A stretch of 46,651 nt of DNA from Octopus bimaculoides (lineage: Eukaryota). Of the stretch, positions 1-12,915 are shown in pieces. Every line of letters begins with the position of its first letter. The stretch's first letter is position 1. The translations under genes were made by a program, and so were the position numbers. Below the pieces are notes generated by a model. The model worked only from the letters and a program-made list of their open reading frames with translations, was not told the origin of the DNA and did no database searches. Location: contig NC_068986.1 of NCBI RefSeq assembly GCF_001194135.2, forward strand, positions 30,586,108 through 30,632,758. The letters run 5' to 3'.

Positions 1-33
1 TATATATATATATAATCACATACATACATACAT

Positions 34-67
<34 letters not shown>

Positions 68-324
68 CCATACTTTCACACACATGTAAAAGCATATAAC
101 TCAGACATTCAGAGGCACCAGATATCAATCTATCTATTCATAAAGCTATAAAACATATTATTAAATTAGTTAAACATGTAATTAGGTAAACGTGATAATA
201 AGAACATTAATCAAATTAGTAAACAATATTAGTTAAATTAGTTAAACGAGATAACAATGATAAAATGATGCCGCATTTTCACCCGGCATACTTATACCTA
301 AACACATAGAAGCATACATACATA

Positions 325-492
325 AGAATGGAGGGGTGGTTAAGGCATTTGCTTCCCAGCCATGTGGTTTTGTGTTCTATCCCACTGCAAGCCACTTTGT
401 GCAAGAGTGTTCTACTATAGATTCAGGCCAACCAATGCCATGTGAACAAAACTGACATACAGAAACTGTGTGGAGGCTCAGTGTGGAAGCAC

Positions 493-500
<8 letters not shown>
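325..500 (+). mobile_element. SINE family A, 5' part (degenerate)
   Basis: gcttcccagccatgtggttttgtgttctatcccactgcaagccactttgtgcaagagtgttctactatag...; aligns by eye to the fuller copy at 36496-36892 and runs into a (TG)n tract. Confidence 0.7.
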
Positions 501-557
<57 letters not shown>

Positions 558-1779
558 AAAACATTTGCAACAAAAAAATTTCGAGTTACTTACTGGATTT
601 AAGAGCCATTGTAGAGGCTATGGTCACTAAAAAAATTTTAAATATAAAATATATATATATAAAAAATAAAAACAGTAGGGTAAAAAATTGGATATCAATT
701 AATATCAATTTAATACCAGGGAACAAGCACATAAAAAGAATCAAGGAGATTCAGAAAAATATCTGAGATCTTGTGATCTTCTAGCACATTAACAGTCCAC
801 CTAGTGGTCTCCTTTATATATACATATATAAAAAATATATATATGAATATATAATTTTTAATATAAAAAGAAAACAGAAACAAGATAACTGGTCAGTGAT
901 GGTCATACTTGCCTAGCAAGTCAACAGCCATCATGTATGCATGCATGGATAGTAGCACAACCTGCTACACTTACATCTTCATTTGCTCGTCAATACATAG
1001 CCAACTCTCTGATGGGAGAGTAATGTAACAGGTCTCAATTTGAACATGGATTCTTTTTTTCAACTAGGTTTTAGTAAACAACAAAACAGGATCTTTCACA
1101 TTAAAGGATGATATCATGAAAAGACTAAAAAATGATACCCAACAAATATACCCTTAAATGTTTGAATGATGTCAGCAAAAGTTTTAATGAATCCCAAAAT
1201 TGTTTGATTGAAAATCAGTCAAACATTAATTAAATTAAACATGGCTCATAAAAAGGTTAGCAAACAACAGGAAGAGGACCAAACAAATACAATCACAGGC
1301 ACAGCTGGACTGACAAACAGAGAAAGATGCAATCATGCATTAAGTTAAGGCTTAGTTCAATATCAGTTGTTTTTTACAACTAGACTGATCAGCATGAACA
1401 TTCTGCAACACCCAATGGCCAAACTGCAACTAACTTAAAAGCCAATCATTGCAGAGGACACTCATATTTATTCTCTCATCCTCTCTTTCTTCCTTCATCT
1501 CTGTATCTTTCATCTACACACAATCATACAAGGTGTCTAACTAAATTACTAAGGTGAATGCAGCGTTCTCTTAAAGAATCAGGCTGCAACGTTACTCCTA
1601 TTTGTCTGACACAATTTTGTCGTTTTCTTTTCTTGGAACAGACATGTTCCACTTTCAATTATTACCAATCAAAAAGATGATGGACTTAAATGACAGGCTA
1701 CTTTTATTTTTCTTTAGGCCCTTTTATCTTTGCACAATTACTCTTATTGCTAAATATGCATATATCTATATGTATGATA

Positions 1780-2060
1780 ACAGGCAGGCAGGCAGGCAAA
1801 CAGACAGATAGCCACACAGACAGACTGACACAGATAGTCATGTAAACAGATGCACGGAAACAGACAGAAATACAGACATGCAAGCAGGCACACCGACAGA
1901 CACACAGACGGGCACACAGACAGATACAGACAGACAGACAGACAGACACACGGATAGACACACAGATAGCCAGGCATACAGAATACTTAGACAGATAGAC
2001 AGATGGACAGATAGACAGATGGACAGATAGACACACAGATAGCCAGGCACACAGACACTA
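1780..2060. repeat. compound (CAGA)n/(GATA)n microsatellite
   Basis: cagacagatagacagacaga... directly visible. Confidence 0.9.
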
Positions 2061-3734
2061 AGATAAGAACAAATGTATGTAGAATCGTTTTATGAGAGTT
2101 ATCCTCAACACTACCCCCTTTTCCTTCTCCACCACTCCCACCAGCATCACTGCCACTAACACCATCAACATCATATTTTCAACAAATAAGTCAATAGCTT
2201 TCATAGCTATTCTGCTTAACTAAAAACGATCTTACTCTAAACATTTTTATAATCCTCACATCCTGATATCGTACAGCTTTCAGCAAGATACAGCAATGTT
2301 CATTTACCATGGAAACTTGAATTAATCTCCAGTAATGATAAAAAAGAGAACCATTGAAATTCCTTATTTTTTCCCTTCTCCATTTTTTTTTTCCTTTTTA
2401 AAGTCTTTTTTCTTTTCCCTTCTTTTACATTTTCCCTATTTCTATTATTAATCAGCTTCTTATTTCAGTTGAAGAAATCTTAGATTCTAAATTCAAACAG
2501 GTTGTTCTTTCATAACATTGCTTACAATGAAACAAAGTACTGAGGCATACCCTAAATATTACCACATGCACATCATACATTAACACTGTAGAACATGCAT
2601 GTTATACAATAATACTGTACAACATGCATGTTGTACTTTAATATTGTTTTTCACAAGAAACCTGAGGGAATTCTCCTCTGCTGATTTTCATCCCATTTAA
2701 GAATATATTTCAATCTCTTGTTTTGATGAACATACTAGTGTCATCCATATTAGATATACTAATGGTTTTCATTGAAAGAGATGGAAAATCCTTATATACA
2801 CATATAGACACAACATATGGTAATTCGTATTAATATATATGTGTGTGTTTATATATGTGTATCTGTATATATATATGCATGATATATATATATAACGTGA
2901 GAGACTTAGGGGTTGGGGGTTCAACCCACTAAGGGATCTGCCATGGACACCTGTGCTTTGGTTCTTTCTTTCTTTTTCTTTTCTTCCTTTTTTTGTCACT
3001 TTTGCTATGAATTAAACTAATGAATTCAACGGGATACACCGTCTGCAAATAGCTGGGTTCAGCATATTATCCTCCATTTTCTAATTGTTATATATATANN
3101 NNNNNNNNNNNNNNNNNNNNNNNNNNNNNNNNNNNNNNNNNNNNNNNNNNNNNNNNNNNNNNNNNNNNNNNNNNNNNNNNNNNNNNNNNNNNNNNNNNNN
3201 NNNNNNNNNNNNNNNNNNNNNNNNNNNNNNNNNNNNNNNNNNNNNNNNNNNNNNNNNNNNNNNNNNNNNNNNNNNNNNNNNNNNNNNNNNNNNNNNNNNN
3301 NNNNNNNNNNNNNNNNNNNNNNNNNNNNNNNNNNNNNNNNNNNNNNNNNNNNNNNNNNNNNNNNNNNNNNNNNNNNNNNNNNNNNNNNNNNNNNNNNNNN
3401 NNNNNNNNNNNNNNNNNNNNNNNNNNNNNNNNNNNNNNNNNNNNNNNNNNNNNNNNNNNNNNNNNNNNNNNNNNNNNNNNNNNNNNNNNNNNNNNNNNNN
3501 NNNNNNNNNNNNNNNNNNNNNNNNNNNNNNNNNNNNNNNNNNNNNNNNNNNNNNNNNNNNNNNNNNNNNNNNNNNNNNNNNNNNNNNNNNNNNNNNNNNN
3601 NNNNNNNNNNNNNNNNNNNNNNNNNNNNNNNNNNNNNNNNNNNNNNNNNNNNNNNNNNNNNNNNNNNNNNNNNNNNNNNNNNNNNNNNNNNNNNNNNNNN
3701 NNNNNNNNNNNNNNNNNNNNNNNNNNNNNNNNNN

Positions 3735-3769
<35 letters not shown>

Positions 3770-3966
3770 CAACAAATAGTAAATGAGTATATGCATATAT
3801 ACGTACAGGTGTGTGCATACCGACATCCACCTGTATGTATAGGTGCATATCTGGGTACAGGACATTGCAAACAAAACGTAGACGAGAAAACACACAAGCC
3901 ACATAGAGAACATTCTTCTTCATATACATATATATATATATAGGTAAATTTATAAACAAAGGACCA

Positions 3967-4125
3967 TGTTATAGATAAACAATATTATCAATTGATTTCA
4001 TGCAAAATCAATTCTCTTTAATAAGGGAAAGAGAGAGACTCTAACAATTGAAGAGTGTCTTTCTCCCTTATTAAGAAAGATTGATTTTGCATGTAACTGA
4101 TTATTAATACTGCTTGTCTATAACA
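3967..4125. mobile_element. palindromic MITE-like element (~160 bp fold-back)
   Basis: Left arm tgttatagataaacaatattatcaattgatttcatgcaaaatcaattctctttaataaggg...gactct is an imperfect reverse complement of right arm agagtgtctttctcccttattaagaaagattgattttgcatg...ctataaca; 9-nt loop aacaattga. Confidence 0.75.
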
Positions 4126-4152
4126 CTTCTCAGTTTATAATTTCAAACTGAA

Positions 4153-4196
<44 letters not shown>

Positions 4197-4496
4197 TTTA
4201 GATATTTGTTTATGCTAACGTTTTGGACATGCAAATAAAGCTCCTATTCCATTATACCAGTAAAAAGAGAAAAAAAATCCCTTGGTGGTTCATCCGCTAA
4301 TGTGAAATGAATCAATGATGATGATCAACCAGATGCCCAAGGATACTACAGACTACACTGTAATCATCCCAGAAATATGGACTGTAATCTTAAAAGTCAC
4401 GTGATTTGTGGAAATGCATGCAGTGATGCATCAAATGTTTATAAATTCCATCCTAGGATTATTGTTATTATACATACATACATATTATATATATAC

Positions 4497-4531
<35 letters not shown>

Positions 4532-4945
4532 NNNNNNNNNNNNNNNNNNNNNNNNNNNNNNNNNNNNNNNNNNNNNNNNNNNNNNNNNNNNNNNNNNNNN
4601 NNNNNNNNNNNNNNNNNNNNNNNNNNNNNNNNNNNNNNNNNNNNNNNNNNNNNNNNNNNNNNNNNNNNNNNNNNNNNNNNNNNNNNNNNNNNNNNNNNNN
4701 NNNNNNNNNNNNNNNNNNNNNNNNNNNNNNNNNNNNNNNNNNNNNNNNNNNNNNNNNNNNNNNNNNNNNNNNNNNNNNNNNNNNNNNNNNNNNNNNNNNN
4801 NNNNNNNNNNNNNNNNNNNNNNNNNNNNNNNNNNNNNNNNNNNNNNNNNNNNNNNNNNNNNNNNNNNNNNNNNNNNNNNNNNNNNNNNNNNNNNNNNNNN
4901 NNNNNNNNNNNNNNNNNNNNGTGGTGGTGGTGGTGGTGGTGGTGG

Positions 4946-4976
<31 letters not shown>

Positions 4977-5209
4977 ATGTTATTCATACAAATACACACA
5001 TGTACACACACACACGCATACACACACACACAAACACACACACACCTTATCACCTTACCTGAGCCACAATTCAACAACAATAAAATAGAACAATCTTAAG
5101 AAAAAATCAATGTTTCTCGAGACGATGAAACATTGGATAGTTTAGTTATCCAATCAAGAAACAAACATATGTTAGATATGACAACCCAACTGGCTGGTTT
5201 GAATTTTAA

Positions 5210-5251
<42 letters not shown>

Positions 5252-5850
5252 AAAAAAATACATTATGTGCATTTTTATTTGTTGTGTTTGAGTCAATGCC
5301 TTTCTTCTTTGTTTTTGCTATTATCACGGAAAAAGTCTTGGTGTCTCCCTAATTACCTCTATGGCATAGCAATAAATATTTTGACAAGGGGGGGACAAAC
5401 AGAAAGCAAGAGAAAAAGAGAAAGTGTGAAAGACATATGGAGAGAAAGAAAGAGAGTCACAAAATGTCATGGTAAACATTGCTTAATGTAAAGTGCACAA
5501 GGTTGCCATCGACAACATTAAGTGTTAATGATAAAACTCAACAGGCCTTTGTTACTAATTGTCAATAACAGAAGATCANNNNNNNNNNTCGATAATCAAT
5601 GAGATTTGCTCAGAAGACTTGCTGGAAAAGTTTTATTTCTGTCCACAAGCTGCTGCAGTAAACAAGAGTTAAAGCAACTAATGAAGCAAAAAGTCAAGTC
5701 AAACTGCCGCTTCTTATATATATACATACATACATACATACATATAGATAGACAGACAGACTGATAGATAGATGGATAGATAGACAGACAGACAGATAGA
5801 CAGACAGACAGACAAACAGACAGATAGATAGATAGATAGATATATGGGCA

Positions 5851-6045
5851 CAAGCATAGTTGTGTAGTTATGATCTTTACTTCTCAGTCACATGGTTTCA
5901 GGTTCAATTTCACTGCATGGCACTTTGGGCAAAGCCTTGAGAGTGGATTTGGTAGACAGAAACTTAAAAAAGGTTATCATGGGAATGAACCCGGAACCAT
6001 GTGGCTGGTAAGCAAGCTACTTACCACACAGCCACTCCTGCTCCT
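5851..6045. mobile_element. two SINE family A heads in inverted orientation
   Basis: + copy ~5851-5960 (catggtttcaggttcaatttcactgcatggcactttgggcaaagccttg); - copy ~5978-6045 (gaatgaacccggaaccatgtggctggtaagcaagctacttaccacacagccac). Confidence 0.75.
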
Positions 6046-6059
6046 CACTATGCTTAAGC

Positions 6060-6270
6060 AAAATATTGATATCAAATTTTGGCACAAGGCCAGAAATTTC
6101 AGAGGAGGGGTAAGTTAATTATATCAACCTCAGTGTTTAACTGGTACTTATTTTATCAACGCTGAAAGAATAAAAGTCAAAGTTGACCTCCACAGAATTT
6201 GAACTCAGAACATGAAGTTAAATGAAACGCTGCTTAGCATTTTGCCCAGCATCTGAATTATTCTGCCAGC
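6060..6270 (-). mobile_element. SINE family B (degenerate)
   Basis: actggtacttattttatcaacgctgaaagaataaaagtcaaagttgacctccacagaatttgaactcagaac is the reverse complement of the family B core, with CpG decay. Confidence 0.75.
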
Positions 6271-6548
6271 TTGCAACCTTTGCCTAAGCAAAATACATAC
6301 ATAAATATGTATGTACATTCCCGGCAAGTTTATTGCCAGTGCCTCCAGAGTGGAAGCAATATTATTGACAATAGCCAAAATTGTGCTCAATCCCCAGGCC
6401 GATAACTGAAGAGGCATTGGTGACCTTAGATGTTTTCCATTCATTCAGGTATTTAGTATATGTTTGTGTGTTTATTTACTACACATGTTTTTGATTTATA
6501 TATATATATGAATATGTCATATTTGCCATTTGTTGTCTTATTTAATCT

Positions 6549-6589
<41 letters not shown>

Positions 6590-6643
6590 NNNNNNNNNNN
6601 NNNNNNNNNNNNNNNNNNNNNNNNNNNNNNNNNNNNNNNNNNN

Positions 6644-6679
<36 letters not shown>

Positions 6680-7456
6680 TATATGTATGTATACTAGCAT
6701 TTCCACTGACTGAACAACAAAGATAAGATTTGCTTTTATTTTGTAGTATTATTTGTCAGAACAAAACAGAACTTGATTTCTCATCATTTGGCAGAAAATA
6801 AACAATAGCTACAACAATTGTAACAGCAAATGATATTTACAGTAAAATAAAATATCCATATTTCTATGGTTTATTCAAAACTAAGAGGTCAACTACTAAA
6901 TGATAACATCTTGCTTATATAATTGTTCCAGAATAGGAGTTACTTGTAATGTTTATACAACTTTAGTCAGAAATCTGTCCAATTAGAAGGAAGGACTGGT
7001 GCCACTGATCTATAGTTATGTTTTTTTTTTCATAAAAGTGTAGTATAATTAAGTATTAATTAGCTCACATGACTCTACCATGATGTAAAGCATTAATTGT
7101 TTGATATTAATAATTAATAGAGTAAAAAATAAAACAAAATATTTAATTAGCTGTTACAGATTTTTAATTAGCTCGTACAGATCTTCTTTTTAATTAAAGC
7201 ATACAGAGTTTGCAGATTTTTTAATGTTAACCAAACCAAACAGAAAGTATGTAGACTAATTACTGGTGCTAATTAATTATGGCATGTAATGTAGTTAAAA
7301 TGATAATTTCTTATAATACTGGAATGAAATTCACCAACTTAGAGGTGGAGATATTTAGAATTACAGTTACTCTGATATTTATTTTATCAATCACCAACTG
7401 AAGAAACATAATGCTGACAGAACAGGGTTTGTCCCTTGATCCTCACAGAAGGTTGA

Positions 7457-7963
7457 AAGGCGGCAAGCTGGTAAGGCAGTGAGCTGGCTTAAGATGGTGA
7501 GGTGGCAGAAACGTTAGCACGCTGGGCAAAATGCTTAGCGTTATTTCATCTGCCATTACGTTCTGAGTTCAAATTCCGCCGAGGACGACTTTGCCTTTCA
7601 TCCTTTTGGGGTCGATAAATTAAGTACCAGTTACGCACTGGGGTCGATGTTATCGACTTAATACCTTTGTCTGTCCTTGTTTGTCTCCTCTATGTTTAGC
7701 CCCTTGTGGGCAATAAAGAAATAAGAAGAAAAGCGGCGAGCTAGCAGAAACATTAACGTGATTTGCGAAATGCTTAGCGGTATTTCGTCTGCCGTTACGT
7801 TCTAAGTTCGAATTCCACTGAGGTCGACTTTGCCTTTCATCCTTTCGGGGGTCGATTAAATAAGTACCAGTTACGCACTGGGGTCAATATAATCGACTTA
7901 ATCCGTTTGTCTGTCCTTGTTTTTCCCCTCAGTGTATAGCCCCTTGTGGGCAGTAAAGAAATA
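7457..7963 (+). mobile_element. SINE family B head-to-tail dimer with 10-bp TSD
   Basis: Two monomers (gttctgagttcaaattccgccgaggtcgactttgcctttcatcctttcggggtcgat...ccccttgtgggcaataaagaaataag); AGAAGGTTGA at 7447-7456 and 7964-7973. Confidence 0.9.
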
Positions 7964-8344
7964 AGAAGGTTGAGAAACAAGACTAAAACAGAGAAAACAT
8001 CTGAGTCCATTTCTGCCATTCCCTCAATATTGGTCTCTTTTTTGATTTGGCACAAAATCTTATATCTTCATCTACATCATCATCATCGTCGTCATCATTT
8101 TTATATCTGCTTCTTCCTATGTTTACATAGGTTCCATTGACCTTTTCAGGACAGTGCTCTACTGCCAGAAGCTTTGTTGAATGACAATCCACACTTGTTT
8201 TCAGGTAAGATACTATATTGCAAAGGTTTTTGTATATCAACCTGTCAAATAAGACATTTTATTTATGAGATGACAAACAAATCACTTCCCAAAAACTGTG
8301 TCACAGCAACGATATGTGGAGACAAACACACACACATACGCATA

Positions 8345-8570
8345 TATATATATATATGTCAGCATGGCATATGGACATTAAACGATGATGATGATGATGA
8401 TGTAAGCATATATAAATAATATGTGTGACTGTATATATATATGTATGTATGTACATATACATACATTTATATATATACATACATACATACATATATACAC
8501 AATCACACATATTTATATATGCTTACATCATCATCATCATTTAATGTCCATATGCCATGCTGACATATAN
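8345..8570. repeat. long imperfect inverted repeat built from an RTE-type 3' tail and microsatellite
   Basis: tgtcagcatggcatatggacattaaacgatgatg...tgtgactgt is mirrored by acaatcacacat...catcatcatttaatgtccatatgccatgctgaca; ORF-track peptides 8421+ and 8510- are near-identical. Confidence 0.85.
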
Positions 8571-9294
8571 NNNNNNNNNNNNNNNNNNNNNNNNNNNNNN
8601 NNNNNNNNNNNNNNNNNNNNNNNNNNNNNNNNNNNNNNNNNNNNNNNNNNNNNNNNNNNNNNNNNNNNNNNNNNNNNNNNNNNNNNNNNNNNNNNNNNNN
8701 NNNNNNNNNNNNNNNNNNNNNNNNNNNNNNNNNNNNNNNNNNNNNNNNNNNNNNNNNNNNNNNNNNNNNNNNNNNNNNNNNNNNNNNNNNNNNNNNNNNN
8801 NNNNNNNNNNNNNNNNNNNNNNNNNNNNNNNNNNNNNNNNNNNNNNNNNNNNNNNNNNNNNNNNNNNNNNNNNNNNNNNNNNNNNNNNNNNNNNNNNNNN
8901 NNNNNNNNNNNNNNNNNNNNNNNNNNNNNNNNNNNNNNNNNNNNNNNNNNNNNNNNNNNNNNNNNNNNNNNNNNNNNNNNNNNNNNNNNNNNNNNNNNNN
9001 NNNNNNNNNNNNNNNNNNNNNNNNNNNNTACATACATACATACATACATACATGCATACATACACAGTCACACAAATTATTTATATATGCTTACATCATC
9101 ATCATCATCATTTAATGTCCATATACCATGCTGACACAGGTTAAATGGTTTGACATGATCTGATGTGTCTGAGGGCAGTATCATGCTCCAATGTCTGTTT
9201 TGGCATGGCTTCTATGACTGGATGTCCTTCCTATCTTCAACAACTTCACATTGTGGATTGGGTGCTTTTTTTTTTGTGCCACTTGCATTCAATG

Positions 9295-9865
9295 TAACAT
9301 GTTGAACTTGAGAAAAGTCTTGCATATTTTTACTGTTTCACTTACAGATTTTGTTTGTAATATGCATGTTTGCTGGTTGACTTCTTTTTCTGAAAACACT
9401 AATTTTTCCAGATTGCCACTTAGACATTTACTAAGAAAACCAAGAGCACCAATTATTATCAAAGGTGAATTTATAAAGGTAAAATATATAATCTCGATAT
9501 AAAAGCTGGAGATTTCATAACAGCTGTCGGTAGTTATCCTCTTTCTCTCTGATTTTCAAAGAGATATTCACATCAACAGGACAGCTAACATCTATGATGG
9601 TATGTACTTTTTCTTGTCTGTCCCACATAGCTACATCTGGCCTTTTGTGCTTGTACTTGGTAGAAGTTTTGATGGGAATGTTCCACCAATATTTTGGGGG
9701 TTGATCTTTTTGTATGTGTTCAATAACAGGAGAATTCTCTGTATTTATCCCAGGACAGTCTTTTTTTGTTTTTCAGATGGTGCTGTATATTGTTTTAGCA
9801 ACAGCATCATATTGCACTGGGCAGTAGTACCTTGATGGCATCTTTGGATCCATGTATATATAGAA
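9295..9865 (-). pseudogene. decayed 3' end of a non-LTR retrotransposon ORF with restriction-like endonuclease (R4/Dong/NeSL-type)
   Basis: Manual minus-strand translation: PKMPSRYYCPVQYDAVAKTIYSTI*...KYWWNIPIKTSTKYKHKRPDVAMWDRQEKVHTIIDVSCPVDVNISLKIREREDNYRQLL*NLQLLY / frameshift / PLIIIGALGFLSKCLSGNLEKL...TVKICKTFLKF; carries the RPD...D...Y RLE pattern and the IIIGALG motif. Confidence 0.85.
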
Positions 9866-10586
9866 CTTTTATGATAAATCAAACAACAAAAGAATGTTAA
9901 AGAAACGGTAGGTGCAAACTCAAATGTTTTTCAGTATTTTATTTTTACCCCTCTGAATTCTGTTTATGCCCTGCTGAGTCAGTATTGAGAATAATTACTG
10001 GTAAGTGGGTTTATGATGTGTTTCTTCCTAATGGGAATAAATGCGTGTGTATGTGTGTGTGTCTGTGTGTCTCTCTGTCTGTGTGTGTGTGCACACATAT
10101 GGCTATGCATGAGTGCATGTGTGCATACATGTGTGTGTGTTATTTAATATCAGTCTCAGAATGACAACCTGTGTCATATGTTATAACCCTCGGCTGTACT
10201 GTCCCTATACCACAACAAATAAGGTTCACAAGATTAATAAAGACTTTACTCACCCCTAGTCCCACAGATTATTCAGTTTTTGAAATTATTAACTGATTTT
10301 TGTTGAGATAGAGCCTCACTGGTTTCTTTGGCATTTCAAGTTATTTATTTATCCCAACACATAGAGATAATAAACATGGTTTTACATCAGAAGTATATAG
10401 CTGGCTGCCTTTATGTTCTATTCTACATCTAACCAATAATAACTATAACAATTCAACAAGAGAGCGTCTGAGAAATTGTGATGTCCATGCCTTTCCCAAG
10501 TGTATTAGAACTCAACTTCTAAGAAATAGCAGTTAAATTCTTTCAAATCATACCCATCATATTAGAAAATGAGGCAAGCATTAGAC

Positions 10587-10828
10587 CACTGGTTCTCAAC
10601 TCGGGTCCATGTAAAATTTTTTGTTAAAATTTATGTGCAATAAATTACTTATACATTTACAATTCACAAAATATTTTAATTTTTTTATACAATTCCTAAT
10701 AATATTCAATTATAAAATTACATTAAGATCTTTTTTATAAACACAGCAAATGGCTATGGGGGCCCAGAAGAGTAAACTAGGAATCAAAGGGGTTCATAGG
10801 CACACAAAAAAAGAGTAGAAAACGTCTG
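10587..10828. mobile_element. hAT (Charlie-like) MITE with 8-bp TSD
   Basis: Left end cactggttctcaac resembles the CAGTGGTTCTCAAC-type TIR; right end is decayed (agtagaaaacgtctg); flanks cattagac (10579-10586) and cattaaac (10829-10836) match 7/8 with central TA. Confidence 0.65.
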
Positions 10829-11894
10829 CATTAAACAGTGTAGACTTAAATCTACAAAAAAGACAAATGGTCGTGGCTGAAATGAATTTGATTAAAGATC
10901 TGCTCGATCAAGGCTGACCTGAGGGTGAAAAACATTACCACACTAACAATAACATCAACAACAAAAATAACAACAATAGCAACAACAAATTGTGAGAATT
11001 CAGGATGAAGTTGCAACTGAAGTGTCTTTTGAAATTCTAGAATTATTCTCAAAACATTACAGGAAGATAATAACAAGTTGAACATTAAAGCGTCAATCAC
11101 AGAACAAACAGTAGAGTAGTTTGGCAACATGCCAACCAGGCAACTCATTGGAGACAACACACAGCTAACAGCTAATATTGAACTAGTATCATTTATTTCC
11201 CCATATAACCTCATTTAACTGTAAGCCATAAAATGGCCCATAATTTCGCTGCATTTTAATTTATGGAATATATTTGAAGTATAATTGCCAAAGGTAGTTG
11301 CAAATTCTAAGAATATCTGACTAAAATTCTGAAGAAAGCAACCAGTATTTTATTTGCATTATAAGCAATAGAAAATCATAAAATTAAATTGTAATGACAT
11401 CACCATAATGTATTTGAATTTTTGATTATATATTCTTTTCTTCTTCCTTTTTTTTAAACTGTTCTGCTGCCCGTAAAGACTCGTTTGCTTCTAACACATC
11501 AAGTAATGCTGTACTTCAGTTAAACATTACAGTAAGGAGAAATCAGCCAGTACAAAAACAAGGATTTTTTCAAAGATCAATAATTGAATAAAACTCCACC
11601 AATGCCTAAGAAGAAGAGAACCTTTTCCAACTATCAATAGTCTCCAAAACGAGGCTAGCCAGCTGATTAAACCAACCTATTTTGTCTATCACTCACCTTT
11701 GATCTCATGCCACAGAGACAAGACAACCTTCCTTGTTGCTCTTCTTTAACCATTACCACCACTACCACCACCACCACTACCACTATCATCACCATCATCG
11801 CCTCTACAACCATCCCCACCATCAGCATTACCTCAAAGTATCAACCACCACCACCACCACCACATCAGTAGTAAACAAACTCATTCTCAACTAA

Positions 11895-11925
<31 letters not shown>

Positions 11926-12105
11926 TTTTATATATTGCTAATATCATATCAAGCCTACTAAGATTTATTCAGTTGTCACCCTCAGCTTTCCTTCCCTTCA
12001 ATACCTCACTTGCATTTCCTTTTTAAATATACAAATCATTTGTCTTCCTGTAATCTGATTGAATTTATCTATATAATGCGTGTGTGCTTGCATGCGTGTG
12101 TATGT

Positions 12106-12150
<45 letters not shown>

Positions 12151-12196
12151 CGCACATGGTATACATACATACATACTAACACACATATATCTATAC

Positions 12197-12249
<53 letters not shown>

Positions 12250-12722
12250 TAGATAGATAGATACATTCACATACACATATTTATAGAGATATAGCTTACA
12301 TTATATATACACACACACGCACTCACATATATATATACATAATATAGATATATACATACATACACACACACATATATACACACATACACACATACATACA
12401 TACATACATACATGCATACATGCATACACACATACACATGTATACATACATACACACATACGTACACACAAAATTTAAGGGTATTTTTTATATCTTGCTT
12501 ATTGTTATCATCATTTTCTCACTTCCAAATGCGTTTCCTATCCTTCCTTACCAGATTCCCCACTGAGTGCCTCAGGTACTTTCAGAGTGGTTTTGTGGGG
12601 GAGTTTTTTATCATCAATTTGTATAATTTTTTTTTTTTTTCTGATATTTTTCTAAGTGTAATGAGCTCAACTGGTACATTTCATGGAGTGGAGTCATCAC
12701 TGCTACTTTTGATTAAAATGTG

Positions 12723-12915
12723 AAGGCACGTGGCTTAGTGGTTAGGATGTTGGACTCATGATTGTAAGATTGTGGTTTCGATTCCTGGACAGGGCGACGT
12801 GTTGTTTCCTTGAGCAAAACACTTCATTTCATGATGCTCCATTCTACTCAGCTGGAAAAACTGAGAAATCCTGCGATGGACGGGGGTCCCATCTAGGGAG
12901 GAATATATACACCAA
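12723..12915 (+). mobile_element. tRNA-derived SINE (family F) with CORE-like block
   Basis: A-box-like tggcttagtggtt, B-box-like ggtttcgattcc, then tttccttgagcaaaacactt and cctgcgatggac. Confidence 0.8.

Noticed and set aside
10852-11214. 120-aa minus-strand ORF
   Set aside because: It includes an (AAC)n-like tract and a family D repeat, and shows no recognisable domain.
12723-12800. tRNA gene (also the heads at 20940-21014, 23647-23715 and 29204-29275)
   Set aside because: A/B-box heads continue into shared repeat bodies with tails and TSDs, and no complete cloverleaf is present; these are tRNA-derived SINEs.
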